This document shows, in pieces, positions 10,631-23,299 of a stretch of 48,942 nucleotides of DNA; the stretch's first letter is position 1, and the number at the start of each line of letters is the position of its first letter. The translations under genes were made by a program, and so were the position numbers. Where the stretch lies: assembly GCF_001194135.2 (NCBI RefSeq), contig NC_068991.1:28319336-28368277 (forward strand). Direction: 5' to 3'. The notes under the pieces are model-generated. The model saw only the letters and a list, made by a program, of their open reading frames with translations. It did no database searches and was not told the origin of the DNA. The DNA comes from Octopus bimaculoides (taxonomy: Eukaryota).

Positions 10631-11770
10631 AATGTACAATTTACTTCAGACAATTTCCGTTACTCAAACACTTCACAATATTTTTAAAATATTGTTTTTG
10701 TCTTTTTTTTCCTGCTTGACATCAGTTCTTCTGTGCTGGCATGGAAGGATGGGATAATGCAAGAATGGTGTATGCATTTCATTTGTTTTAGATTTTTTTT
10801 TATAAGTTAGTAAGATGACGAGAAGAGACAGCACTCATAACCATTGGAGGTTGTTGCTCTCGAGCTGATGTGGTTACTATATTCAATGCCCTACCTGATC
10901 ATCAGTAGGTTATTTCTGAAGGAAAAAACGTTGTTGAGGAGGAGAACAGGGTTTGGTCTGGTCTGTGTGATTGCCATAGTCATCCAAGAACTATGAAGCA
11001 GCGTTAGTATAGTATTCCTAGTCCATAAAAAAATATTTATCAATGACTACCAGAGTTTAGTTTCGCACCAAAACTAGAGAAGTTGCTATTCTGTAAGCAG
11101 AGGAACTTTAATGGAGATACGTATGTTGGAACAACAGGAATAGATGTATTTTGGAACAATGGAGACACATGTGTGTCAGAATAATACTGATAAACAATAG
11201 AGTAAGAAATTTCAGAAATGACTCCTCAGCATATAGAAACAATTGATTGACTAAGAGATCAACACTTGGACATTATCTTTGCATCATGCTATTGTTAGAG
11301 AAGTAATTTTTACTGCTATCTCAGACCACTCAGCTGTAATATCTGAGTGAGTCCTTTGTGCCAGTCAAACACACTGAGATGAGAACCGTTATGCACCGAG
11401 CACAAAGTAACAACGTGACTGTTGTGATGGTTTGAATTCAATAGTCCAAGAACTTTGCTCTTTACAATTGATTATCGATAAATCAAGATTTACAATAAGT
11501 GATACAGCTGTGGTGTTCTCTTTATTTGATACACATAGTGACCAGATGTCTAAATGGACGACATATTAGGTCAGTGGGCATAAAAGTAATGAGTTTAATT
11601 CCAACTGTAGGAAAGAACAAGTAACAAACAGCCTTAGAATGTTTCTTTGGATCAACTGAGGCCTTATCTTGGTAAAGCTTGTCTTTCAACTACTTCCTAC
11701 CATGAAAGCAAGCAGAGAGAAGCAGCAACATTTCAATCGTCAGACAATACTATTGTCTCACATCACAAAT

Positions 11771-11783
11771 CTCTCTATCTCCC

Positions 11784-11831
<48 letters not shown>

Positions 11832-11860
11832 TCTTCTCCACCTCTCTCTCACACACACAT
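11771..11860. repeat. (CT)n/(CA)n microsatellite
   Basis: Directly visible. Confidence 0.9.
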
Positions 11861-12159
11861 ATACGCACACCCAGTGCTAAACAGACTTAATTACTTTCAA
11901 CGTTATGTAGTTACTTGAAATATCTATGTGATCAGTCCACCAGGCATTATCCCAACTGGGTGAACTGAGGTCATGCTGAATAAATTGGTCTGTGCAGAAA
12001 TGCAATGAAATCCCAACACGTGACTTGAAACCGCAGCCTATGTCTTTCAACTAATACATCCAAAACTACCATTTTATTTCTCCATTGTTATTTCACCTTA
12101 ACAAATGTTAAACTGTTGTGCAATATTGTTGTAATGTTTTGTTCTTTCTTGTAACGTCT

Positions 12160-12237
12160 TCATCAACATCATCATCATCGTCGTCGTTATCACCATCATC
12201 CTCACCATCATCTCGTTATGACCATCATCATTATCAA
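12160..12237. repeat. Degenerate (CAT)n microsatellite
   Basis: Directly visible. Confidence 0.8.
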
Positions 12238-12548
12238 CACCAGTTTTTATTATGGGGCAAGTCCAGGTTTTTGCAAATTACCCAGTGAATATATTGTGCA
12301 GCTCTATCATGCCTGTTGAGATACTCTGTAGGCGCAAGCAAACTGCACATGGAGACAACATGATCGATGGTCTCATTTTGTTGTTGGCATATACGACATA
12401 ATGGGGAGCTGCCGTTCTTTAATATGTTGGCCTGGTAGTTCTTTGTAGGTAGGCATTGATCTTGGGCTGCTATGATAAACCCCTCTGTTTCTGATTTCAA
12501 ACCAGAGGCCATTAACCATTGGTGGGTAAGGGTTTTGTCAATATCTGC
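12238..12548 (-). mobile_element. R4/Dong-clade fragment (CCHC finger region), inverted relative to 12991-13297
   Basis: WLMASGLKSETEGFIIAAQDQCL...CRICQQQNETIDHVVSMC...YLNRHDRAAQYIHW. Confidence 0.9.
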
Positions 12549-12964
12549 NNNNNNNNNNNNNNNNNNNNNNNNNNNNNNNNNNNNNNNNNNNNNNNNNNNN
12601 NNNNNNNNNNNNNNNNNNNNNNNNNNNNNNNNNNNNNNNNNNNNNNNNNNNNNNNNNNNNNNNNNNNNNNNNNNNNNNNNNNNNNNNNNNNNNNNNNNNN
12701 NNNNNNNNNNNNNNNNNNNNNNNNNNNNNNNNNNNNNNNNNNNNNNNNNNNNNNNNNNNNNNNNNNNNNNNNNNNNNNNNNNNNNNNNNNNNNNNNNNNN
12801 NNNNNNNNNNNNNNNNNNNNNNNNNNNNNNNNNNNNNNNNNNNNNNNNNNNNNNNNNNNNNNNNNNNNNNNNNNNNNNNNNNNNNNNNNNNNNNNNNNNN
12901 NNNNNNNNNNNNNNNNNNNNNNNNNNNNNNNNNNNNNNNNNNNNNNNNNNNNNNNNNNNNNNNN

Positions 12965-13560
12965 GCAAATACCCAAAGAGAGCGAATAATGCAGATATTG
13001 ACAAAACCCTTACCCACCAATGGTTAATGGCCTCTGGTTTGAAATCAGAAACAGAGGGGTTTATCATAGCAGCCCAAGATCAATGCCTACCTACAAGGAA
13101 CTACCAGGCCAACATATTAAAGAACGGCAGCTCTCCATTATGTCGTATATGCCAACAACAAAATGAGACCATCGATCATGTTGTCTCCATGTGCAGTTTG
13201 CTTGCGCCTACAGAGTATCTCAACAGGCATGATAGAGCTGCACAATATATTCACTGGGTAATTTGCAAAAACCTGGACTTGCCCCATAATAAAAACTAAT
13301 GGGAACACAAACCACCCCCAGTACTTGAAAATGTTCACATCGCACTCCTCTGGAACTTCACCATTCAAACTGACAGAAAGATAGATGCAAATAAGCCAGA
13401 CATCATACTGAAAGACTTCAGATAAAAATCATGCCTCCGCGTTGATATGACTGTCCCAATCGATATAAACGTATCTGTCAAGACCTACCAAAAACCGAGC
13501 AAATATAAAGATCTTGAAATAGAAATTGGCAAAATGTGGAATCTGAAGACGAAAACAATG
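12965..13560 (+). mobile_element. R4/Dong-clade fragment (CCHC finger and REL endonuclease)
   Basis: Same peptide as the 12238 copy, continuing LWNFTIQTDRKIDANKPDIILKD...DMTVP...KYKDLEIEIGKMW; internal stops. Confidence 0.9.
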
Positions 13561-15449
13561 GTTATTCAGAGTAGATCAGAAGAGATTCTATAAAGAAATA
13601 AATGGAGAGTTTACAGATGAAAAGTTGACACCAGATAACAATGGAAGTCAAAAGATTGGAGCAAAGACAAGGAGCACAAGAAGGATGCTGAATGGTTGCA
13701 AGAACTGAAACAAACAGTAGTCTGTACCGAACAGGCAGAACTAGTCATTTCAGTTAGGGAAGTGAAGGAAATCAGCAAAAAGATGAGCAACTGGAAGGCC
13801 CCGGGACCAGATGGAGTTCAAGGCTACTGGATCAAAAGATTTGGTGAATGTCATATACGAATAGCTGCGCAACTCAACACCTTGTTAAATGCCGACCAAG
13901 TAACACCAGACTGGTTGACATTGGGTAGGACATTGCTGTGCCTGAAAAACATCGAAAAAGGCAATACGGTAGACAATTACAGGCTGATATCCTGTTTGCC
14001 ACTTATGTGGAAGTTATTGACTGGGATACTCGCAGAGTCAATGTACGAGCATCTGGAAAAAAATAGAATCCTACCACATGAGCAGAAGGGTTGCAAGTGT
14101 AAGTGCAGAGGTAACAAGGATCAGCTCCCGATAGATAAAACTGTATTTAAATACTGCAAGAGGAGGAAATGTAACTTAGCAATGTCATGGATCGACTATC
14201 GTAAGGCGTACGATTTGATCCCATATTCTTGGTTTATGGAATGTAATGAACCTATTTGGTATTGCATCAAATGTTGAGCGATTGCTCGGAAATAGTATGG
14301 CGAATTGGAGGACGGACCTGACAACATACGGAAGAAGTCTAGGGACAGTAGAAATTAGGAGGGGCATCTTCCAAGGGGACTGCCTGTCCCCACTGCTCTT
14401 TGTACTATGCTTGATACTACTTACACTGATTCTGAAGAAAGCAAAAGCTGGGCATGTATTCAAAAGCCGCCAACAAAAAGTCAACCGTTTGTTATTCATG
14501 GGTGACCTCAAACTTTATGGTAAAGATGAAGCCCAAGTCAGTTCCCTCATTGATACGGTGTATACCTTCAGTGCTGATATCAGAATAGAGCTCGGACTGA
14601 CAAATTGTGGTGTGTTAGTCTTGAAGAGAAGCAAAATCAAATGTATGGAGGTTATGAAGCAGATAGATGAGACGAGCTATAAGTACTTGGGGATATAGGA
14701 AATGGATGAATTCATGGAGAAAAAAATGACAGAAAAATTTAAGGTGGAGTACTTGCGCAGACTGAGACTGATCCTTAAGTCGAAATTAAACGGATGGAAT
14801 AAGATTGGAGCTATCAACACCTGGGCGGTTTAACTGCTTAGATATGGAGCAGGGGTAATCGCATGAACAATAGACGAACTAATCAGCTTAGGCAGAAAGA
14901 CGAGCAAGTTGCTAACTAGATATGGAACACTCCACCCAAAAGGTGACACAGACAGACTGTATGTACCACGAAAAAGAGGGGGAAGAGGACTTATTGGATG
15001 TGAACACAGCATTAGAGCAGAAGAAAACAACATAGCATGGTATGTAAAAAATCCCACAGAACCGCTATTATTAGAGGTAAGAAGGTCAGGCTTGTGTAGG
15101 ATGAAAGATTGCAAAGATAAAGCACTGTACAAGAAATTGAAAACGAATGAAACTGAAAATAGGTGAGTAAAGAAAAGAATGCATGGTCAATTTCATAGGG
15201 ATATTGAAAATAAAACAGACAGAAAAAAAAACATGGCTGTGGATGACTAAAAGTGATTTAAAACCGGAAATGGAGGCTTTAATCTGTGCTGCCTAAGATC
15301 AAGCGCCAAGAACAAACTACATAAAATACAGAGTAGACAACACATCAGAAAACGATCAGTGCAGAATCTGTGGACAAAATGGTGAAACCGTATGGCATAT
15401 TACCAGCCAATGTATGCCACTAGCCCAGAAAGAATATAAGAGACGCCAC
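13561..15449 (+). mobile_element. R4/Dong-clade LINE pseudogene (RT through CCHC finger)
   Basis: KAPGPDGVQGYWIK, NYRLISCLPLMWKLLTG, WIDYRKAYD, GIFQGDCLSPLLF, FMGDLKLY (altered xDD), YKYLG, RLYVPRKRGGRGL, CRICGQNGETVWHI; frameshifts and stops. Confidence 0.92.
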
Positions 15450-15649
15450 GTTTTTTTTTTAGCTCTTCTTTTTCCTGTTTTTCAGCTACTATTTTCAGTC
15501 TTGGCAAGTCTTTACTCGGTATTTTGTTTGTTTTCTTTCTAACTTGTTAAACAGTAAGCAAAATGAAGCACACACTTAAAAGAAAGCTTTATACACGAAA
15601 CGCAAATATTGTTTAGATAATAAATTACGCTTATAAAGCACTAGTTGTT

Positions 15650-16290
15650 GGTACTATTCAAGAAGAGTGGTCCTGGTGCGCGCACTCGCGCATCCGCACT
15701 AGCTAGTCGTGACTAGTCGATCCAACGACTACCTAGCGCGAGTGCGCGTATGCAAATTAATAGATGCGCGCATGTATGAGGGTTTTTTCTAAACAAAGTA
15801 AATAATTTTTTTTACACAAAGTAAATAATTTTTTTAAAACAGAGTAAATAAATTATACACTACCTGTTTTTAGTAAAAAGTCCATTAAAAAGTCTTTTGT
15901 CGATCCTATAACAAATGTTCATACAAATTCGGTTGAACGTGATTGGAAGAACGTAAAACGACGTTTTAAGAGTAAGATGGGGGTACACACAGACATGGTT
16001 GAATCCTATCTAGAAGAATTTTTTTTTGGCGAGAACAATATGGAATAACTGGAAATGAATGTTTTGAAAACATTCTGAAGCATCTTTCAGAATGATTCAC
16101 AATCAAGTAAGTCAAGTCAACTTCAACATTTTATTTTATTGTTTGGTGGAAGATTCAACAAAAAACAAAAATATTTACTATGTGTTTTATTTACTTTGTT
16201 TAAAAAAAATTATTTACCTTGTTTTAAAAAAAACCCTCATACATGTTTTGCGCATGCGCGCGTGATTTTTATCCATTAATTTGCATACGC
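15650..16290 (+). mobile_element. Merlin (IS1016/IS1595-like DDE) internal-deletion derivative with long inverted repeats
   Basis: 15896-16095 reads FVDPITNVHTNSVERDWKNVKRRFKSKMGVHTDMVESYLEEFF(frameshift)WREQYG...; inverted repeats at ~15746-15850 and ~16185-16290 (GCGTATGCAAATTAAT...CATGTATGAGGG...CAAAGTAAATAA). Confidence 0.75.
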
Positions 16291-19200
16291 ATCACAATAA
16301 ATAAATAAAAGCAGTGAGTGAGTTTGTTCTTCAATAGTAGGGTTATAACTTTGGGCAAGCTCTAAAATTATTAGACTTCATCAGTAAATCATAGTATTAA
16401 CTTGTTTCCTATATCTTACCAACTAGGTTTTTTTGTACTCTTTACATGTAGATGTAAATGTTACAAAGCCAAAAATATAAACATTTGAAAATAATGTCTT
16501 TACATTTTCAAAGTATTAAATATAAAATATAATAGATGATAAAGTAACTCAATATGTCACATAGCTTATCTCTGATATTTTGAAGTGAAATTAGTAATAA
16601 GCAAATATTCTTCTCAGCTCTTTGATAGAATGCTAACTGTTGCTAACAAGTAGTCACTTTACTTAGAATTGAAAGATCTTGAAAATTGTGCTGTTGTTGA
16701 ATGAGGTAAGGCTTGATTGAAAAAAAATATGATTAAAAGCTTTCCAACCACAATCATCTTATTTTATTTTCTAGGTACTGTGTACTCAGTAGCACATTTT
16801 CTAAATGATGGTAGAGTTTGATTTGAGGAAGATTTGGTTGCTATTTCTAGGAAGTGAAGCAACTGTTTGGAAGCCCTTTGTTTCAACTATTTTGTTAGCT
16901 TGATTCCCTTATTAGCCATTATCCAATCAAGTCAACTGGAACAAGTAGAATAGTGTACCTTATCCCCAAACAATAGAGTATCAACCATTTAATATGAAAT
17001 ATTGGCAATGAGTGTGCTAAAGATTAAAAAAACAACAAAAAACATCACTTATTAGTCAAATGGTGCATAGTTTCAGTTTTAGGCTATAAAGTGGATGGAG
17101 CATAGAGCTTCTTCAAAGTAAGAAACTAGTAATTTTACAAGTACATTCCTAAATGATTTGAAAGGCCAATATAGAATAAATGTTCTATGTTGAAATGCAA
17201 AAGCATATTTAAATTCAAACCACAATATTTTATAATTTTTTCAGATTGACATGGAAAATTTTTTTTTACTAGAATAAGAATCATACAAAAACATACAGTG
17301 AGGCCATGAAGCCTGGCAAAAAGAAAAGACAAACCCGAAAGAGTTCTGCTTAGTAAAATAATGATCTTCATTCTCTTTAGGTACTGAAAGAAAAAAATGG
17401 AAAAAAAAAGGCATTGGAGCGGGTGATACATGCCCTGTGTGCAGATAAATTTTTTCACAAATTATAGTGTGGCTTACAATGCATTGCTTACCATGCTTTT
17501 TAATTGAACTGAATTATTATTTCTTTTTGTTAAAATATCACCATTATAGTATTTGTATACCGGTGAAATTAAGAAATCAACTCCTAAATAAATAAAACCC
17601 TCAGATCAATCACTGTACGTGCACACACACATGCACACACATATCTATGTTTGTATTTATGTATGTTTGAAGATAATCAAACCAAATTTTCATCATTTCA
17701 AGCTACTCACCCAATGAGTATTTTTGCCAAATTTGGTGAAAATCTGTTCAGCCATTTTCCAGTAATTTTCTAGGTACTATGTACTCAGTATCTCAGTGCT
17801 TTTCAAAGTGTAATATCCTGCATTACAATTGATTTAATCCCTGCTTGAATCTCTCAATGTATCCTCCTTTAAAATTTGTTGCACACCTACATGATTGTTA
17901 TATAATTTCGACCTCTGCCTGAACTCTACGTGTACTTCTATGGAAAGAATGTTACTGTGCTTTTCAAAGTGTAATATTCTGCATTAAAATTGATTTAATT
18001 TTTATCCGTTTGTTTTGTTTTTCCTTTCATTTACATTGTGTGCATGCCTTGTTATGGGTTAAGTTAGGGTTAGAGCTATGGTTTAGAATTAGGGTTAGAT
18101 AGCATGCTAAAGTGTAAATGGCTACGTATACTGTATGTTAAAGTGGCACTAAAGATTAACTGAAACAGATTACCTACCAGAAATTAAGTCATGAAAGGGT
18201 TAGCAGTGTCAACGCACTTTACTTCACATTTCTATGTTTCTGAGGGTAATTAAATAAAATACTAGATAAGTACTGGATCAGTATAGTTGACGAATTGTGT
18301 TCTCCTATAAAATTTCTTGCTTTGTGCCTTTGCTAGAAATTCTTGTTAGTACTATTATATAGTGCAAGCAAGAGAAAAAAATGATGTTCAGAGAACATCT
18401 GCAGGCTTTCCCAAACTGTTAATATGAATATGGATGTTTTTTTTCAATTTCTGTAAATTGAATGAGAAAGTGATTCCGTGTAGAGGTTGCCATTCTGGAA
18501 AGAAATGATCAGATAAAATATTTAGTATAAGGTTTGAGCTGTGAGACATGTTAAAGATGATGATGATGTGGGCTCAGTTTGATATAGTATACAGCTTATT
18601 AATTCACAGGAATAGTAGCAGGTGTTGAGATTTTTTCTTTTGGTTTTTGTTTTCCTGTTTTATTTGAACAATTTGGCTGGATAAAGGGGGCTGTATCCTT
18701 GGCTTTTGCATTCCATCTGAGACAAAAAGCAAGAGTTATGCCTTCAAAATTGGTAAGATTGACACAGTTGATCTTGAATAATATGTTGACGGCTGCAGAA
18801 GAAAAAACATGGGCAAGGGAATTTCATAAGGCTGACAATCTGGTAAGAAAGGATTTGTTTGGTTTGCAGGTGAAATACAACCTACATAAACTTCAAGCCT
18901 CTCTTCACCAGATGCTGTAACGTGGTTTGTATTCAATATAGTAGTACAACCACTATTGGGATAATGGCCTACAATACACAGTAACAGTGTGATACAATAA
19001 GATAATGCAGCAGCAATAAGAGCATAACTATCTCTCACGAACCAACAATAAATATTCCAAATGAACAAACCAACCCACTTTCCAACTTCACTATGAAATA
19101 ACACAAACCATATATACTCTCTCAGTTCAGTGCATTTCTCATCACAACACTGAGAGTGTAAGAGGTGACTTGTGGTTACTAACTTTGTTCTGCCAACATA

Positions 19201-19409
19201 TTTCCATTTATTTATTCTTACGGTTCTGTTACTGCTGGAAACTACTTCTGCCTGCTACTGGCATTTATATGAACAATGTTGACAATAGACAAGTATCAAA
19301 TACCATAATGCATAAATTCTTTGTTTATTAAGATTATCTTCAATTATAGAAGAAGTATCATAATTACCAAATGGTAATCGATTAGCATATCAAGGGCCAC
19401 AATACTGTA

Positions 19410-19935
19410 GACAGGACCATTAGAGCAAAGAAACAGGCCTGGAATGCCTGGAAGAGTTGGGGTAGCAGGAGAATGTATCAAATAGCTAAAAGGGAAGCTA
19501 AGAAACAGGTATATATAGTGAAGAGAGTAGCAGAAAAGAAGATGTTTGTCAATGTTCAGCAACGAGAGGACCAAAGACTTGAGGCATTTCGTGTTGCAAG
19601 ACAGTGTGTGAGAGAGAATCGTGATGTCATAGGAGAGAAATGTGTCTGCATGGATGATGGTGCCCTTGCGGTTAATGACTCTGCAAAGAAACAGGCTTGG
19701 AGAAGTCATTACGAAAGACTGCTAAATGTGGAGAATGAATGGGAGGAGGAGAGTCTACCAAAGGTTGATCCAATTGAGGGACCAGCTATCCAATTCGACA
19801 GTACCCAGGTAGATAAATCTATTAATGATATGAAGACAGGGAAAGCTCCTGGCCCATCAGGAGTCACTGCTGGGATGCTTAAAATATCGGGCGGTGTGGG
19901 TTTTGGTCTTGTCACTCACATAGTAAATCAGGTAA
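19410..19935 (+). mobile_element. RTE-clade LINE fragment (linker to RT start)
   Basis: KQAWRSHYERLLNVENEW, IEGPAIQ, MKTGKAPGPSGVTAGMLK. Confidence 0.85.
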
Positions 19936-20555
19936 ATCCATGGTCATATGGATACCAAAGATTATTTATGGAATTATTTTTCTCTCGATACTATTACTAT
20001 TTTTATAGTCATTATTAATAATATCCTTATTTTTTAATTTTTATTTATTCATTACATACCTGGGCTTGATGACAGCTCAAGGATTCCATAAAGGGATCAC
20101 TGGTCAAAAATGTTTCAGGGACTCCTGACTTAGAGCTTTCAATGAACTGTCTTTGGAGAACACTAGAAAATGATGATCTGCCTTCATTGCCGTGTGGTGT
20201 GGAAAGTTTAAGGTTTTGAACCCTTGCATCTGTTTCTATTTACTCTATTCAATGTCAAAAAAGCTTAAACATTTAGATTTTCTAAGTTTTATCATAATTG
20301 AGCTCACCAGCATGCTATAAATTCTCCATTTAGTTTATTGCTGCCATCAAAGCCACACTTCTTTCCTCTAGCTCAAAACCATATCATTGTGTTACCAAGG
20401 TTTGAACTCATCCCCCTGTGATATGTTAGTCTGTTATTTAATACCATCAACGGCCTCTTAACTAGTTCACTAGTCCGGTCACTGAAATCTTTACGCGCCG
20501 GCAACGACGTGTTCAACTTCCAGTAACCGGGTCCCTGTCTATGAAGCCTATCTCA

Positions 20556-20735
20556 GTCAATTGTACAAATCATGAATTTGTGGTCTGTGTAGTTGACTAC
20601 TTTAAACTGTGGACAACCTATGCTATCCTTATCTGCTACTCTAAAGAATACCCTATCTAGATACAATCTGGATGACCCGATGCAGTTTGACCAGGTCCAC
20701 ATTGGCACATCTGAGAAATCCAGTCGATATCTGTC
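20556..20735 (-). mobile_element. Tx1/L1-type AP-endonuclease fragment
   Basis: PMWTWSNCIGSSRLYLDRVFFR...CPQFKVVNYTDHK matches the APE C-terminal TW..LDR..(S/T)DH motifs. Confidence 0.65.
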
Positions 20736-20980
20736 AGACAGCTGGAAGTTCGAGAAATATGTTAGAGAAATCGGAATTGATATGAGAGCAGAGCATGCCC
20801 AAAACACTGCTCTGCTGGAGACAGCTAGGATTTTGAGATTGGTACTTGGATGTTGAATGTCCTCCACAATAATTAACAACAAAGTATCAAAGCCTATAAT
20901 ATGCGGGAAAAGACCCTGTGAGACCTCTGACTACAGCCTGCTGTCCGCTCACAGAGAATCAACCAGAGGAAACAAGGCTA
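20736..20980 (+). mobile_element. 3' end of an R4/Dong-type LINE with UTR
   Basis: EKYVREIGID...QNTALLETARILRLVLGC*, the typical ALLGTARILR terminus. Confidence 0.75.
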
Positions 20981-21363
20981 GGGTTATCAAAGAGTCAAAA
21001 AACCCCTGTACATCTGCCACATACAAATAAATATTGTACTTTTGAACTGTCGCGTGTCGACACATGGAGACAAGACAAAACATAAACAAAGAATTTCAGA
21101 AGGACCGATGTCTGTAGAAGAAGGATTGAATGTAGTGGTTAGCGCAAAGACGTGGGCACGTCTGGAGAAGAGATAAGTATGAGTGATGAGAAAAGGAGAG
21201 ATGATTGTGTTGGAGCATCTAAGAGCAGCTGACTCCAAGAAGCAAAAGCTACTGCAATAAAGATGAAAAAAACGTAGAGTTGAAAGTGCCAGCTTGAAGG
21301 TGAGAGACCAGAGAATGTTGCTGAGCAACTTTATACCAGTCATTTCAGTAGATACAGTCTAAG

Positions 21364-21425
21364 ATGTGTGTGTGTGTGTGCGCGTGCGTAGCGTGCGTGC
21401 GTGCGTGCGTGCGTGCATGTGTGTA
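21364..21425. repeat. (GT)n/(GCGT)n microsatellite
   Basis: Directly visible. Confidence 0.9.
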
Positions 21426-22010
21426 GCATCAGCAGCACCATACCACTACGTGTTGCTGGTTATAGAAAGACGAAGACAAACAGAATCTAACCAAGAACGG
21501 GCGTGCATTAAAAAAAATAAGTGTAAAGACATAATTTGAAGAGAAATCGGGAAATCATCAAAACGTAGCGATGTTGTTTGAATGATGATGATGATGCAAC
21601 GGAGACTAAAGAACAACTGCCTTCTTTTCATATATCTTTCTGATCTCTGTTCATAAATGTATTCTTTGTTCAATGAGAATAACTTTTTATGTGGAAGGTT
21701 AAAGAGGAGTGAAGGCTTGCACCCTTCTGTATAGGAGTGTTTATTTTTGTTAGAAATATTAAGAAGATGAAGGTCACAGAATGAGGTTGTTCGTAAACAG
21801 TAGCATCTATTAGAATGTTCTCTTTAGAAGTGCTGCACTGAACCTACTTAAATATTTCCTAGAATAAATTAAAATGTGATGAGTAAGTAACGCGATTATT
21901 AAACGTTCAAATATGGTGTGTAAGTATGACTACTGATGAATTAATTCACCAAGTTTCTGGCTATATGAGTGTGTGTATAAAGACAGAAAAATATTGATTT
22001 TACTTTCTGG

Positions 22011-22128
22011 TACAAGACCAGCAATTTCGGGCGGGGGATGGGATAAGTCAATTACATAGACTTCAGTGTTCAACTGGTGCTTATTTTATCGACCTCGGAA
22101 AGATGAAAATCTACCTTAGCGGAATTTC
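22011..22128 (-). mobile_element. SINE 3' fragment (family A), degenerate
   Basis: CAACTGGTGCTTATTTTATCGACCTCGGAAAGATGAAA homologous to 6920-6960. Confidence 0.7.
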
Positions 22129-22135
22129 AAGCATT

Positions 22136-22515
22136 TGTAGTGACGTCTTAAATAGCAGACGACATTTCCGGAAAGCCACGCATACGCAGGGACTGGTTCC
22201 GGAGGGAATACAGGAAGAGTCTCATGCGCATGCGTAGTTTCGATATCCAAGCTTCACGCCCTTATTCATTCTCTTTCTCGCCGGCCGACGAAGGGCCCAG
22301 ACGTACAAGCAGCCTCTCCAACATTCCAACTCTGGAGACAGCTCTTTCCAACATTCCAACTCTGGAGCTAGACAAATAACCACTCAACATCATTGACGGC
22401 ATCTCAGCAACCAAAAGGGCGAAGTGCTGCCTATTTCCTCTGTAAATAAATATTGTTGTGTTGATAGTTCAGAATCTGCGTTCCGTTGTTTCTTCAAGAA
22501 ATTTAATGTACGGAA
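22136..22515 (+). mobile_element. LTR-like segment, right end lost in a gap
   Basis: Starts TGTAGTG, CpG-richer than its flanks, internal tandem duplication of CCAACATTCCAACTCTGGAG, AATAAA at 22445-22450. Confidence 0.4.
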
Positions 22516-22954
22516 NNNNNNNNNNNNNNNNNNNNNNNNNNNNNNNNNNNNNNNNNNNNNNNNNNNNNNNNNNNNNNNNNNNNNNNNNNNNNNNNNNNNN
22601 NNNNNNNNNNNNNNNNNNNNNNNNNNNNNNNNNNNNNNNNNNNNNNNNNNNNNNNNNNNNNNNNNNNNNNNNNNNNNNNNNNNNNNNNNNNNNNNNNNNN
22701 NNNNNNNNNNNNATTATGTGCCTCAAATGCTCTTTGGATACTTCTATATTAGAAAGTGTTTTAATTTTAAAAAAACGTAATTCTATTATTCTGTAAAAGA
22801 ATATTTAATTAGTTTAAATGCACACAAATGCATAAAAATAATTTTTAATTCCATTAGACATTCTAAAATACTATTGAATTTCATTCAATTTTAAAAAAGG
22901 TAAAATCGGACAGAACTTATTGAGATGACCTGATATTTGACGGCAACGATTCGA

Positions 22955-23280
22955 GAGAGGAAGGTATAACTTGGCTACCTCTATGAAGAACTTGTGCAAC
23001 AGACTTTCTTCATGTTGAGAAGTTATAAATAAATATCTTGCAAGATATTGTTGCAGATATTTTGATCGAATTCATGGCTTTTTGATTGATTCACTCTCTC
23101 CAAAGTCTTTCAATGTTTTGTGTGTATTTCCTCTAGGTGCTATCTTCAAAATTGTTAGAGTGAGGCATGTTCGCATCGTTGTTTCAATGTGGGCATATCA
23201 CAGTCTGGCAAATACTCTGCGTGAGCGAAGGAAGTCAACTGTCTTTTGATCGTTGCAATGAATAGTGCTGATGCATTTAT
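22955..23280 (-). pseudogene. Second Merlin-type transposase C-terminal remnant
   Basis: Minus strand: HSNNFEDST*RKYTQNIERLWRE, then shifted frame KYLQQYLARYLFITSQHEESLLHKFFIEVAKLYLP. Confidence 0.7.
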
Positions 23281-23299
23281 AGTAATCAAAATTACAATT

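Noticed and set aside
12234-13299. Long ORFs (150-308 aa) in the ORF track here and at 22424-22796, 29920-30846 and 32405-32879
   Set aside because: They consist mostly of X residues read through N gaps.
18699-18920. 73-aa ORF, possible host exon or mariner remnant
   Set aside because: No recognisable motif in any frame, and no matching splice pair.
19185-19290. Signal-peptide-like FHLFILTVLLLLETTSA
   Set aside because: No in-frame ATG, stops on both sides, no convincing splice sites.
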